Part shown: positions 38,667 through 49,025 of the stretch, one piece after another
How the letters are laid out: every line of letters starts with the position of its first letter
How positions within the stretch are numbered: the stretch's first letter is position 1
Assembly: GCA_963803435.1 (NCBI GenBank)
Contig: CAWDML010000001.1
Span: 384,001-448,000 of the forward strand
Direction: 5' to 3'
From: an uncultured delta proteobacterium
GTDB lineage: Bacteria > Myxococcota > Kuafuiibacteriia > Kuafuiibacteriales > Kuafuiibacteriaceae
Length of the DNA: 64,000 bases
Position numbers and translations under genes: made by a program
The notes under the pieces: generated by a model
Told to the model about the DNA's origin: nothing
What the model saw: the letters and a program-made list of their open reading frames with translations, nothing else
Databases searched by the model: none

Positions 38667-41600
38667 ATGCGACGGACGAACTTGGTCACGGCAATCCTCG
38701 CCGCACAACTCACTCACCTCGGCTGCAACAACGATGACGCGACCGTCGCCGTGCGAATCAAACCGACGACGCTCGACGAGGCCACAGTGGGTCAGAGCTA
38801 CGACGCCCGGCTCTCCCTGCGCGACGCCTATCCTGGAGAGATCGAGTGGCGCATCGTCGAGGGCGCGCTCCCCGCCGGCCTCGCCCTCGCCCGCGTCGAC
38901 GCCAGCACCGGCGCGATCCGCGGGACACCAGAGGAGGCCGGCGTGTTCGGTCTTCGCATCGGCGCCACCGGCAGCAAAGGGGGCTACGACGAGACGGAGG
39001 TGCAGCTCGTCGTCCGAGCCTCGGCGGTGACGATCTCCACGGACGAGCTTCCGAACGGCTCCGTGGGCGAGCCGTACACCGCCGCGATCGCGGCGGAGGG
39101 GGGATTCGCGAAGATGTGGTCGGTCGTCGCGGGCGCGCTTCCGCCTGGGCTGGCGCTCACCACCTCCGCGACCGGCGACGGCTCCATCGACGGGATCCCG
39201 ACCGAGTCGGGCGCGTTCGCGTTCACCGTACGCGTGCAGAGCCGGGACAAGAGCTACGCCGAGCGGGCGCTCCGCATCGACGTCACCGGCGCCCCGCTCG
39301 CGCTCGTGACGGTCGCGCTCCATCCGGCCGCCGTCGGTGCGGGCTACTCGGCGACGGTCGTGGCGTCGGGCGGCAGCGAGCAAGGCTATCGCTGGTCGGT
39401 CTCGTCCGGCTCGCTGCCCGAGGGGCTCTCGATCCGGAGCGACGGCACGCCCTCGACCGTCGTCGAGGGGATGCCGGTGACCGCCGGGCTGTTCGACTTC
39501 GAGCTGGAGGTGACCGACTCGCAGGATCACACGGCGCGGCGGAGCTACTCGATTGAGGTGTCGCCCGACCTGCCGCCGCTCGTCTTTCCGGACGTCGCGC
39601 TTCCGGCGGGGACGGTCGGGGCGGCGTACACGGCGACGCTGGCGGCGTCGGGCGGGAGCGGCGACTACTCGTGGAGCGTCGTGCAGGGCGCGCTGCCGGC
39701 CGGCCTGACGATTGATCCCACGGGGAGGCCGGAGACACGCATCACCGGGACGCCGGAGATGGGCGGCGACTTCGTGTTTGCGATCCGCGTGGAGGACTCG
39801 GCCGAGCAGATGGTCGACCGCACGCTGCACCTCTCGATCGCGGACGTGGAGCCGCTCGAGATCACGACGGGCTCGCTCCCGAGCGCGCGCCGCGGCCAGC
39901 CGTACTCGGCGTTCGTCGAGGTGGCCGGCGGGGTGCTGCCGATCGCCTGGACGGTCCAAGGTCTGCCCCCAGGCCTCACGTTCGTCGTCGACTCGGACCG
40001 GCGGGGCACGATCTCGGGTGCGGCCACCGCGAGCGGCAGCTGGCCCGTGACGATCGCCGTCTCGGACGCCGCCGGCGCGACGGCACAGCGCGATCTCGAT
40101 CTGACCGTCACGGCCCTCTCCATCCTCACGTCGACGCTCCCGGTGGGGCTGGAGTGCCACCCGTACTCTGCGTCGATCTTCGCCGGCGGCGGCACGGGGA
40201 CGTTCACCTGGAGCGCCTCCGGCCTGCCGGACGGCCTGACGCTCGCCGCCTCCACGGGCGCCGAGGTTCGCCTCGAAGGTGAGCCCGGCGTGACCGGAGT
40301 CCACGCGCTCACGATCACGGTCGCAGACGCGGCGGGCAGCGCGACAGCGGCGATCGATCTCGAGGTGATCTCCGATCCGCAGGGCAGGCGCTGGATCGCG
40401 CTCGTCGGAGATCTGACCGCGGACAACGACACCGGTGTCCACGTCGCCGGCATCTGCGGGACGCGGGTCGAGCCCGCCACGCTGGTGAGCCCGCCTGCGG
40501 GCGGGTTCGGCGATGCCTCCTCCTCCGCCACCGATCAGGTTCGCTTCTCTCCCGACGGGCGATCGATCGGGTTCGTCGGTGACTTCCGGCTCGACGGGGT
40601 CAACGAGCTCTTCGTGGCCTCGCTCGACGGGAGCGGCCACGGGCCCGCGGTCCGCGTGAGCGGCGATCAGAACCCGGGCGGTCTGGTCAGCGACTTCCGC
40701 TGGTCGCCCGACGGGACCCAGCTGGTCTATCGCGCCGATCAGATCGTGGATGGGCAATTCGAGCTCTTCTTCGTCGACCTGAGCGCGCCCGGGATCTCGG
40801 TCAAGGTCAACCCGGACTTTCCGGTGGGCGGCAACCTCTCGACGGACGACTTCTACTGGTCGCCCGACGGCCGCTGGGTCGCGTACCAGGCCGACGGCGA
40901 CGTCGACGGCGAGAACGAGCTCTACCTGGCGGACATGACCAGCGGACCGCCGTTCGCTGTCTACCCCGCGAACACGCCCCTCCCCGCCAACGGCGACGTC
41001 TTCGATGACTTCCGCTGGCTCCCGGCCGGCGACGGCATCGTGTTCCGCGCCGACATGCTCACCGACGGCGTCAACGAGCTCTTCCTGGTGGACACCGCGG
41101 GCCTGATCCCGAGCGCACCGGTGCGGGTCAACGGTCCGACCGTGAGCGGCGGAGACGTCAGCAGCTTCGCGATTCGTCCCGACGGCTCCGCGATCAGCTA
41201 CGTCGCCGACGAGGTCACCAACGATCAGCTCGAGCTGTTCGTGGCCGGGCTCGCAGCTACGACGCCGCTCCCCAGCACGATCGCCAGCGCGCCCCTCGTC
41301 ACCGGCGGGAACGTCGTCGCGGCCCGCTGGAGCGACGATGGGACCCGGATCCTCTACACCGCCGACGGGAGCGTCGACGAGCAGTTCGAGCTGTACCTGA
41401 TCGACGGACCCGATCTCTCCCGCGTCCGCCGCATCAGCGGCAACCTGATCGCGGACGGAGATGTCCGCGCCGATAGCGGGTTCGAGGTCTCGCCCGACGG
41501 TCGATGGGCGGCGTTCATCGCCGACTCGGCCCAGGACGGCGCGGATGCGCTGCACGTCGTCGAGCTGGTGTCGGCGGCCGTTCCCATGGTCGAGGAGACG

Positions 41601-42693
41601 TTCGCGGACGGCAATCGTACGACCCAGAACCCACCGGTGTCGCTCTCGTGGGTGACGTCGGGAGGATCGTCGAACCTCACGGCAGCAGGAGGCGCGATGA
41701 CCTTGAACACCGGCGGGACCTCCGGAAGGCACGCCGTGGCGCACTTCCCCCCGCAGTCTCTCCCGGTGGGCTCCACCGTCTCGCTCGACTTCGACTTCTC
41801 CGTCGCCGGACCGGTGGACCTGACGAACGGCTTCCGGTTCGGGCTCTTCAACAGCGACGGCACGCCGCTGGTCGTCTCCGACGGCAACAACCCGCAGGTC
41901 ACGTACACGGGCTACGCCGCGTTCACGAACCTGGTGCCGGGGGGGCCGAGCTCGACGTCACTGCGCAAGCGCGACGGTGCGACGCCAAACCTCCTGATCA
42001 CGTCGGCGTCGGCCTACAGCACCATGAGCGGCGGAGGCGGCGGGCCGGCGGATGCGTTCGCGGACGGCGCGCTCCACCACGCCACCCTCGCGATCGAGCG
42101 CTCGGGGGCCGACGAGGTGGTCGTGAGCGTCGAGTACAGCGGCGGCACCTTGAGCGCGTATCAGGTGACGCGGACGGACCCGTCGGCGATCGTCTCGGTG
42201 TTCGACGCGGTCGCGCTCTGCCTCTCCTCGAGCTCGGGGACGGCGGCCGCGGTCACGCTGACGGTGAGCAACGTCTCGATCGTCTTCACGCCGGGCCTCG
42301 GCGAGCCGGTGATGATCGAGCCGGCGCCGTCGGCCGGCCAGTCGGTCGTGGACTTCCGCTTCTCGCCCGACTCGCAGCAGCTCGCCTACCGAGCCGATCT
42401 GACGACGCCGGGCCAGGTCGAGGTGTTCTCGGCCTCCCTGCTCTCGGGTCCCGGCTTCGGGCTGGGCAACGTGCTCCACGGCGTGCTCCCGGCGGGCGCG
42501 TCCGCCTCCACGCTGCCGGTCGACCTCGGCTGGACGCGCGATTCGAGAAGCGTCCTCGCGGTCGGCAATCTCGCTACCGCGGGTGTGGTCGAGGCCTGGA
42601 CGCTCAATCCGACCGGTACCCGAGCCTCCTCGCCGGCTCAACGCGCCGCCACCGTCGGGCGGAGACGTCGTGTTCATGGTGGTGCCCGAATGA
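38667..42693 (+). CDS. Large surface lipoprotein: six putative Ig (He_PIG-like) domains plus TolB/PD40-like beta-propeller, frameshift at ~42620
   Basis: Leader MRRTNL...HLGC, six LPxGL Ig repeats and about nine (W/F)SPDG-like blades. The last blade RLNAPPPSGGDVVFMVVPE* lies in another frame and ends at TGA 42691-42693. Confidence 0.8.
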
Positions 42694-44006
42694 GCAAGAG
42701 ATCCCTCGAGCGCTCGACGCTGCTCGCCGTCACGACAGCGTTCTGGTGCTGCGGATGCATCTCGATCTTCGACGCGCCGCTGCACCTTCCGGGGCCTCCA
42801 CCCGGCGGCTCGGACGCGGGCGACGCCGGCATCACCGCGGAGATCGACGGCGGCGACGAGCACGACATGGGCACCGAGTCGCCGAACGACGCCGGCGACG
42901 CCGGTGTCGAGGATCGGGGGATCGTTGATTCGGGAGCGAAGGACGCCGGGCCGGACAGCGGCGAGCCCGCCTACGACTGTCCCGGCCGGATCATCTACGT
43001 CTCTCCGCTCGGAGACGACGGCGAGACGGGAGAGAGCGAGGGCGCCGCGCTGGCGACGATCAACCAAGCGCTCGCGCGCGCGCTCGCCGGCGACTGCGTG
43101 CGGCTCGCCGCGGGCGACTACCTCCAGGACGTCCGGACCGTCCGCGACGGCGCCGCCGGGGCGCCCATCACCGTCTTCGGCACTCCTGACGCAGTGGTGC
43201 GCGGAGGCGGACAGTCCCGGATCTTCGAGATCAACCACGACTACATCCGGCTGGACGGCTTCACGATCGACGGCCTGGCCGGCACGAATCCCGACCTGGT
43301 GGACAGCTACCGCAAGAAGCTCATCTACATCGTCGGGATCACGATCGGCGATCCGCTGGTCGGTGTGCTGATCGAGAACATGAGCCTGCGAAACGCGCGC
43401 GACGAGTGCGTCAGGCTGAGGTACTTCGCGCAGGGCAACACCGTCGCCTACAACCACATCGAGAACTGCGGGCTCGAGGACTTCCGCTTCGGCGGTACCG
43501 GATCGAACGGCGAAGGCGTGTACATCGGCACGTCACCGTCGCAGCGCATCGAGAATCCGACCAACGAAGTCGACGACTCCAGTCAGAACCACATCCATCA
43601 CAACGTCTTCATGAACATGTCCGAGTGCGTGGACCTCAAGGAGGGCGCCGACGACAACCTGATCGAGTACAACGAATGCTCGATCGCGGTCGATCCGAAC
43701 TCCGGTGCGATCAACGCCCGCGCCAACCGCAATCGGTTTCACGCGAACCGGCTCTTCGGCAACAGCGGCGCCGGGATTCGCCTGGGCGGCACCGCGGAGA
43801 CCGACGGTACGCCGAACGGCGTCGACAACAACATCACGTGCAACTTCATCAACAACAACCAGGAAGGGATCAAGTTCCAGACGGCCCCGCAGGCCGAGGT
43901 CTGCGGCAACGAGATGCCGACGAACCAGAGCGGCGGGTCAACCAGTACCTTCGGTGCGGCGTTCCAGCCCGAGCAGCCCTGCACGCCCGATTGTGAGATG
44001 AGATGA
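42690..44006 (+). CDS. Lipoprotein with right-handed parallel beta-helix (pectate/polysaccharide lyase-like)
   Basis: Own ATG (ATGA overlap), leader ending CCGC and a DAG linker. IYVSPLGDDG...TINQAL...AGD.V.L..GDY, GEGVYIG, ECVDLKEG and Asn ladders. Confidence 0.8.
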   Translation: MSKRSLERSTLLAVTTAFWCCGCISIFDAPLHLPGPPPGGSDAGDAGITAEIDGGDEHDMGTESPNDAGDAGVEDRGIVDSGAKDAGPDSGEPAYDCPGRIIYVSPLGDDGETGESEGAALATINQALARALAGDCVRLAAGDYLQDVRTVRDGAAGAPITVFGTPDAVVRGGGQSRIFEINHDYIRLDGFTIDGLAGTNPDLVDSYRKKLIYIVGITIGDPLVGVLIENMSLRNARDECVRLRYFAQGNTVAYNHIENCGLEDFRFGGTGSNGEGVYIGTSPSQRIENPTNEVDDSSQNHIHHNVFMNMSECVDLKEGADDNLIEYNECSIAVDPNSGAINARANRNRFHANRLFGNSGAGIRLGGTAETDGTPNGVDNNITCNFINNNQEGIKFQTAPQAEVCGNEMPTNQSGGSTSTFGAAFQPEQPCTPDCEMR

Positions 44007-44908
44007 TGAAAGCGGCGATCGTTGCCTGTGTATTGCTCCTGCCGCGGACGGCGCGCTCCCAGGAGGACGACGCGCCCCGCACCGCAGCGGCCGCGCGCGC
44101 GTTCCAGGCTGGCCAGAAAGCTCAGCTGATGGGCCATCACCAGGAGGCGGCGGAGAAGTACGAGCTCGCCGACGAGCTGCTCCCCACTCCGGAGGCCCTC
44201 CGCAGCGCGCTCCGGGCACGACTCGCGGCCGGCGACCTGGAGATCGCCGCGTCTCACGCCGAAGCCCTGGCCTCTCGTTGCGGGACGGACCAGTGCCGCG
44301 AGTATCCGCAGTCGGTCCTGGAGAAGCTTCGGGCCGAGCTCACCGGGGTGACGCTCGAGTGCAAGGAACCTTGCGCCATTTCGCTGGAGGGACGCCCGCT
44401 CATCACCGGCTCGGCGCTGCACCAGCGCTTCTTCGTCCGCCCCGGCGCGACCCAGGTCGATGCGATCTTCGACGACGGCGCCACCTGCGCCCTCACGGTC
44501 GAGGGGACCGCGGGGGGCGAGCTGGAGCTGACCGCGGAGCCGCCGATCGTCGAGCCGCCTCCTCCACCGCCGATCGCGCCACCGATCGCGCCACCGATCG
44601 CAGTGCCGGAGCCGAGCCCGCCGCCGGCCGTGCCGCCGCCGGTCGCCCTCGCCGAGGAGGAGGCGCACGGCGGTGTCCACCCTGTCGTTCCGATCCTCGG
44701 TCTGGTGGTCGCGGCCGGCCTGGGGGGCGCGGCCGGATGGTCGGTCGTCGACACGATGAACGCGCACGACACCTACACCGCCATGCCGACGGCGGACGGC
44801 TGGGACGACGGACGGGCGCGAGACACGCGGAGCAACGTGCTGCTCTACAGCGCAGTCGGGACGGCGGCGCTCTCGGCCCTGGTCGCGATCTTCTGGACGG
44901 ACTGGTGA
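44003..44908 (+). CDS. Exported TPR/PEGA-like protein with C-terminal membrane segments
   Basis: Signal peptide, TPR-like helices (ARAFQAGQKA...EAAEKYELAD), a beta domain, a Pro-rich linker and two hydrophobic segments. Confidence 0.72.
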   Translation: MMKAAIVACVLLLPRTARSQEDDAPRTAAAARAFQAGQKAQLMGHHQEAAEKYELADELLPTPEALRSALRARLAAGDLEIAASHAEALASRCGTDQCREYPQSVLEKLRAELTGVTLECKEPCAISLEGRPLITGSALHQRFFVRPGATQVDAIFDDGATCALTVEGTAGGELELTAEPPIVEPPPPPPIAPPIAPPIAVPEPSPPPAVPPPVALAEEEAHGGVHPVVPILGLVVAAGLGGAAGWSVVDTMNAHDTYTAMPTADGWDDGRARDTRSNVLLYSAVGTAALSALVAIFWTDW

Positions 44909-46419
44909 GCGTGTCCAAGCCCAGGATCGGCCGGTACGAGCTGCTGGCCCGGATCGGCAAGGGCGGGATGGCGACCGTGTACCTGGCACGGACCTACGCC
45001 GACCCCTTCGCGAGGTTGCTCGCGATCAAGCTCCTGCACGAGGACGTCGCCGGCGAGCCGGAGCTCGTCGCTCTCTTCCTGCGAGAGGCGGAGATCGCGT
45101 CGCGAATCCAGCACATCAACATCGTCCCGCTCCTCGAGGTCGGCTTCCACGAGAGCGCGCCCTTCTTGGTGATGGACTACGTGGAGGGCAGCTCGCTCTC
45201 GGCGCTCCTGACCGAGTCTCCGGACGTGCGGAGCCCGCGGTTGATTGTCCCGATCATCCTCGACGCGCTCAACGGCCTGGCCGCGGTGCACGGGTTGAGA
45301 GACGACAACGGCGACTCGCTCCGGCTGGTGCATCGCGACGTGTCGCCGGGAAATCTGATGGTCGGCATCGACGGCGCGTGTCGGCTGACCGACTTCGGTG
45401 TGGCCCGGTGGCCGGCCAATCAGGACCTGACGCAGCCCGGGACGATCCGCGGCACACCGGGCTACATGGCGCCCGAACAGGTCGCAGCCCGCGAGGTAGA
45501 CGCGCGCGCTGATCTCTTCTCGGTCGGCGTGATCCTCTGGACCGCGCTCACCGGCCGCTCGCTCTTCAAGGGCGAGAACCTCCCCGCGACGCTCTTCAAC
45601 GTGCTCCAGCGGCGCATTCCGCGCCCGAGCGAGGTGGGGCTGCGCCCGCCGCCGTGCTTCGACGAGATCTGCCTGCGCGCACTGCAGCGGGATCCGAACA
45701 AGCGCTACTTCTCCGCGCTCGAGATGGCCGAAGCGCTGCGCGCGGTGGCGGTCCGCGAGGGGCTGCTCGGGAGCCCGAACGAGGTCGCCCAGTGGACCAC
45801 CGAGGTCTTCGGCCCGCGCCTCACCGAGCGCCGGCGCGCGGTCGCACAGGTGGTGAAGACGGCCTCGGTCGGCGTCGTGGAGGATGACCAGGAGGTTCAC
45901 TCGCCGGCATCGCTGTCCAGCCTGCCGCCGATCCTCTCGATCGTGCCGCAGTCGGGCTCGACGCCCACACTCGACGAGCTCAGGACCGGCGTCGGCCATC
46001 TTCCTCAGGGCGCGACGATGACGTCGTATCCGTCTCTCCAGATCGAGGTCGAGTCGGAGCGGCGGCGCGGGCACAAGGCGTGGCTCGCCCTGCCCTTGCT
46101 GGCGCTGGCCGGGGCCGCGCTGGTCTTCGCGCTCCGCGGAGAGGAGCCCGACCCGCCGCCACCCGCACCGCCGCCGCCGCCTGCCCTCGCCGGGGCGGTG
46201 GAGCGGCCTCCGGTCGCGGCCGTGCCCAAGCCACCAGAGCCGGAGCCGGAGCTGGAGGAGCCCGTGGAGACGCCGCCGCCCGAGGTCGAGAGAAGGCCGG
46301 CGCCCAAAGCGCGGCGCGCGAAACGACACCGGGCCGCGCTCGTGCCCGACGCCGGCGCACCCGCCCCCGTCGAAGATGACGTCCTCGAGCGCAACCCGTA
46401 CCTGAGGAGCAGCGAATGA
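44905..46419 (+). CDS. Membrane-anchored Hanks-type Ser/Thr protein kinase
   Basis: IGKGGMATVY, AIK, HRDVSPGN, DFG, YMAPE and DLFSVG. TM helix and Pro-rich tail ending ERNPY. Confidence 0.95.
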   Translation: MSVSKPRIGRYELLARIGKGGMATVYLARTYADPFARLLAIKLLHEDVAGEPELVALFLREAEIASRIQHINIVPLLEVGFHESAPFLVMDYVEGSSLSALLTESPDVRSPRLIVPIILDALNGLAAVHGLRDDNGDSLRLVHRDVSPGNLMVGIDGACRLTDFGVARWPANQDLTQPGTIRGTPGYMAPEQVAAREVDARADLFSVGVILWTALTGRSLFKGENLPATLFNVLQRRIPRPSEVGLRPPPCFDEICLRALQRDPNKRYFSALEMAEALRAVAVREGLLGSPNEVAQWTTEVFGPRLTERRRAVAQVVKTASVGVVEDDQEVHSPASLSSLPPILSIVPQSGSTPTLDELRTGVGHLPQGATMTSYPSLQIEVESERRRGHKAWLALPLLALAGAALVFALRGEEPDPPPPAPPPPPALAGAVERPPVAAVPKPPEPEPELEEPVETPPPEVERRPAPKARRAKRHRAALVPDAGAPAPVEDDVLERNPYLRSSE

Positions 46420-47594
46420 CCGAGGGGGGAGAGTTCGACGCCGCCTACTGGGCGCTCGAGTCCGACCCCGCCAACCCGAGACGTTGGTTCGAGGTCGGGT
46501 GCAGGCTTCTGCGTCACGCGGGCGCATCGCACGTGGACCTGAACCCGCTCGAGCGCGCGGCGGGGCGCTTTGCGCTGCTGGCGGCGGCGGAGATCGGACA
46601 GGAGGACGCTGCCACCAGCTTCGAGCTTGGCCGCCGGCTCGAGTCGTGCGGCGAGCTCGAGGCGGCGAGTCGAGCGTATCTGCGCGCCGCCAGCCTCGAG
46701 ACGGTCCGTCCGGAGCCTTGTGAACGTGCCGCCGCGTTGCTGGCCCGTCTCGGCCGCGCCGAGGACGTCGAGCGCTGGGCGTGCGCCGGGCTCGAGCGCG
46801 CGCGGAATCAGGACGCGCCCTCTTCGATGTTGACCTCGCTCGCCAACAGTCTCCTGCGGGCCGGACGATCCGCGAAGGCCGTCGAGGTCCTCGAGCACAT
46901 CGTCGAGACGAACCCGAGCGATTCGCAGGCGCTCTCGAACCTGGCCGTGGCGTTGCGACGGAGCGGCAACGCGGAGCGATCGGTGACGATGGCGGAGCGC
47001 GCGGTCGAGCTGGCCAGAGAGGCTCCCGACCCCTATCTGGTCCTCGGTCGCAGCCTCGAAGCAGCGCAGCGCCCCGAGGAGGCGCGGCGCGCCTACCAGC
47101 AGGCGATCGCCCGCGGCGTCGCCACGGTGGCAGCGCAGGAGGCGGCGGCTCGACTGGAGCGGCTCGATCGCGGCGCGCTACCTGCGCCCGACACCGGCAC
47201 CTTCTCCAACCGGACGAACGGCGACGGGACCTTCTCCGGCGACCTGGTGGTCCTCGCCGTGCCGGAGCTCCTCGAGGTGCTGCGGCTGCAATCGGCCACC
47301 GGCGAGCTCTACCTCTGGATGGACAACCGTGGCATCCGGCTCGAGCTCGCCCGCGGTCGGATCGTCGGCGCGACGGCGCCCGACGGCGCCCGGCTGACGG
47401 CGCCCGCCGACGTCGACGCGCCCGGTGCCGAGCCCTTCATCGCGCTGATCTCCGAGCTGGTGGGCTGGGGTCAAGGTCACTTCGAGTTCATGCGAACGGC
47501 CGAGGGTCTGGAGCGCTCGGGCGGCCTCGACGCGCAGTTCCTCCTGATGGAAGCGATGCGCGCGCTCGACGAAGCCGGCCGCGGGAATCCTTGA
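46416..47594 (+). CDS. TPR-repeat protein with C-terminal DUF4388-like domain
   Basis: TPR repeats, then FSGDL...VPELLEVLRLQSATGEL...WGQGHFEF...LLMEAMRALDE. Confidence 0.85.
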   Translation: MTEGGEFDAAYWALESDPANPRRWFEVGCRLLRHAGASHVDLNPLERAAGRFALLAAAEIGQEDAATSFELGRRLESCGELEAASRAYLRAASLETVRPEPCERAAALLARLGRAEDVERWACAGLERARNQDAPSSMLTSLANSLLRAGRSAKAVEVLEHIVETNPSDSQALSNLAVALRRSGNAERSVTMAERAVELAREAPDPYLVLGRSLEAAQRPEEARRAYQQAIARGVATVAAQEAAARLERLDRGALPAPDTGTFSNRTNGDGTFSGDLVVLAVPELLEVLRLQSATGELYLWMDNRGIRLELARGRIVGATAPDGARLTAPADVDAPGAEPFIALISELVGWGQGHFEFMRTAEGLERSGGLDAQFLLMEAMRALDEAGRGNP

Positions 47595-47630
47595 CAGGAC
47601 CGTGCCGCGCCCCGGAGATCGTCGGCGAAG

Positions 47631-49025
47631 ATGTCCGAGCCCAGCGCCTCACGCGCCGTCATTGTCGGTGTTCAGCTGCGCTCGGTCACCGACGACGAGC
47701 GCGCGGCCTCGCTCGAGGAGCTGGCTCGCCTCGCCAAGACGCTGGGCCTCGAGGTGATCGCGACGATCACCCAGAAACGACCTCAGCTCTCGAAGGCTGC
47801 GGTGGTCGGCCCCGGCAAGCTGAAGGAGATCGCGCGGTTCACCGGCGGCTCGGGCGTGGTCCCTCCGGGCGCGAAGAAGAAGTTGAAGAAGGCGCCGTAC
47901 CGTCCGGACGAAGAGACGCCGGAGGCCGAGGAGGCCGAGGAGCCCGAAGAGCCAGAGGAAACGCTCGACGCCTCGGAGGTCGCGGTGCCCGAGGAGGCCC
48001 GCGCAGGCGTCGTGTTGGTCGATCACGATCTGTCGCCCTCGCAGGCCCGCAACTTCGAGCGGGCCGTCGGCGTCGAGGTGTTCGATCGGACCGCGGTGAT
48101 CCTCGCGATCTTCCAGCGTCACGCCCGAACGCGGGAGGCGCGGATCGAGGTCGAGATCGCGCGGCTCACCTACATGGCGCCGCGCCTGCGCGAGGTCGGC
48201 GGCGGCGGTGATCGTCAGCGCGGCGGGATCGGGGGGCGAGGCGCGGGCGAGTCGAGCCTCGAGCTCGATCGGCGAAAGGTGCGAGATCGGATCGCAGAGC
48301 TCAGAGAGGAGCTCACCGGCATCGAGCACACGGCGCAGACGCGCGCTCGCCGTCGCCAGTCGATGAACACCGCGGCGTTGGTCGGCTACACCAACGCGGG
48401 CAAGTCGTCGCTGATGCGCGCGCTCACCGGGAGCGAGGTTCTGGTCGAGGACAAGCTGTTCGCGACGCTGGATACCACCATCCGAGCGCTCCAGCCCGAG
48501 GTGAAGCCGCGGATCCTGATCTCCGACACCGTCGGATTCATCAAGAAGCTCCCCCACGGGCTCGTCGCCTCGTTCCGGGCGACGCTCGAGATTGCGCGCG
48601 ACGCGGATCTCCTCCTCCACGTGGTCGACGTCTCGGATGCGGCCTTTCGCGCCCACATCGAGGTCACCCGCCTGGCGCTGCGCGAGATCGGCGCGGACAC
48701 CCAGCCGGTGTTGCTGCTCTTGAACAAGGTCGATCGCCTCGACCCCGCACGCCTCGACGCGATCCGGGCCGAGCTCCCCGAGGCCGTCCTGATGTCGGCG
48801 CTGCGACCCTCGGACGTCGAGGGCCTGCACCGGAGGATCGTCGGGTTCTTCGAGAAGGAGATGATCGACGAGGACATCTTCGTGCCGTACGAGCACTCGT
48901 CGAAGATCAACGACGTCCACCAGAGCTGCCGCGTCCTGTCCGAGACCTACGAGGACCTGGGCGTGCGCATGCGGGTGCGCGCGCATCCGCCGACGGTGGC
49001 GCGCCTCCGGATCAGCGGCCCATGA
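47631..49025 (+). CDS. hflX: GTPase HflX
   Basis: DRTAVILAIFQRHA, LVGYTNAGKSSL, DKLFATLDTT, SDTVGFI and NKVD. Confidence 0.96.
   Translation: MSEPSASRAVIVGVQLRSVTDDERAASLEELARLAKTLGLEVIATITQKRPQLSKAAVVGPGKLKEIARFTGGSGVVPPGAKKKLKKAPYRPDEETPEAEEAEEPEEPEETLDASEVAVPEEARAGVVLVDHDLSPSQARNFERAVGVEVFDRTAVILAIFQRHARTREARIEVEIARLTYMAPRLREVGGGGDRQRGGIGGRGAGESSLELDRRKVRDRIAELREELTGIEHTAQTRARRRQSMNTAALVGYTNAGKSSLMRALTGSEVLVEDKLFATLDTTIRALQPEVKPRILISDTVGFIKKLPHGLVASFRATLEIARDADLLLHVVDVSDAAFRAHIEVTRLALREIGADTQPVLLLLNKVDRLDPARLDAIRAELPEAVLMSALRPSDVEGLHRRIVGFFEKEMIDEDIFVPYEHSSKINDVHQSCRVLSETYEDLGVRMRVRAHPPTVARLRISGP

Noticed and set aside
38397-44006. 1869-aa ORF suggesting an Ig/propeller/beta-helix fusion
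   Set aside because: The final propeller blade and stop codon lie in another frame (TGA 42691-42693), overlapping the ATG and lipoprotein leader of a separate gene.
44570-44602. Short tandem repeat (CCGATCGCGCCA)x~3
   Set aside because: Encodes a PIAP linker in a Pro-rich region, which is ordinary low-complexity coding sequence.
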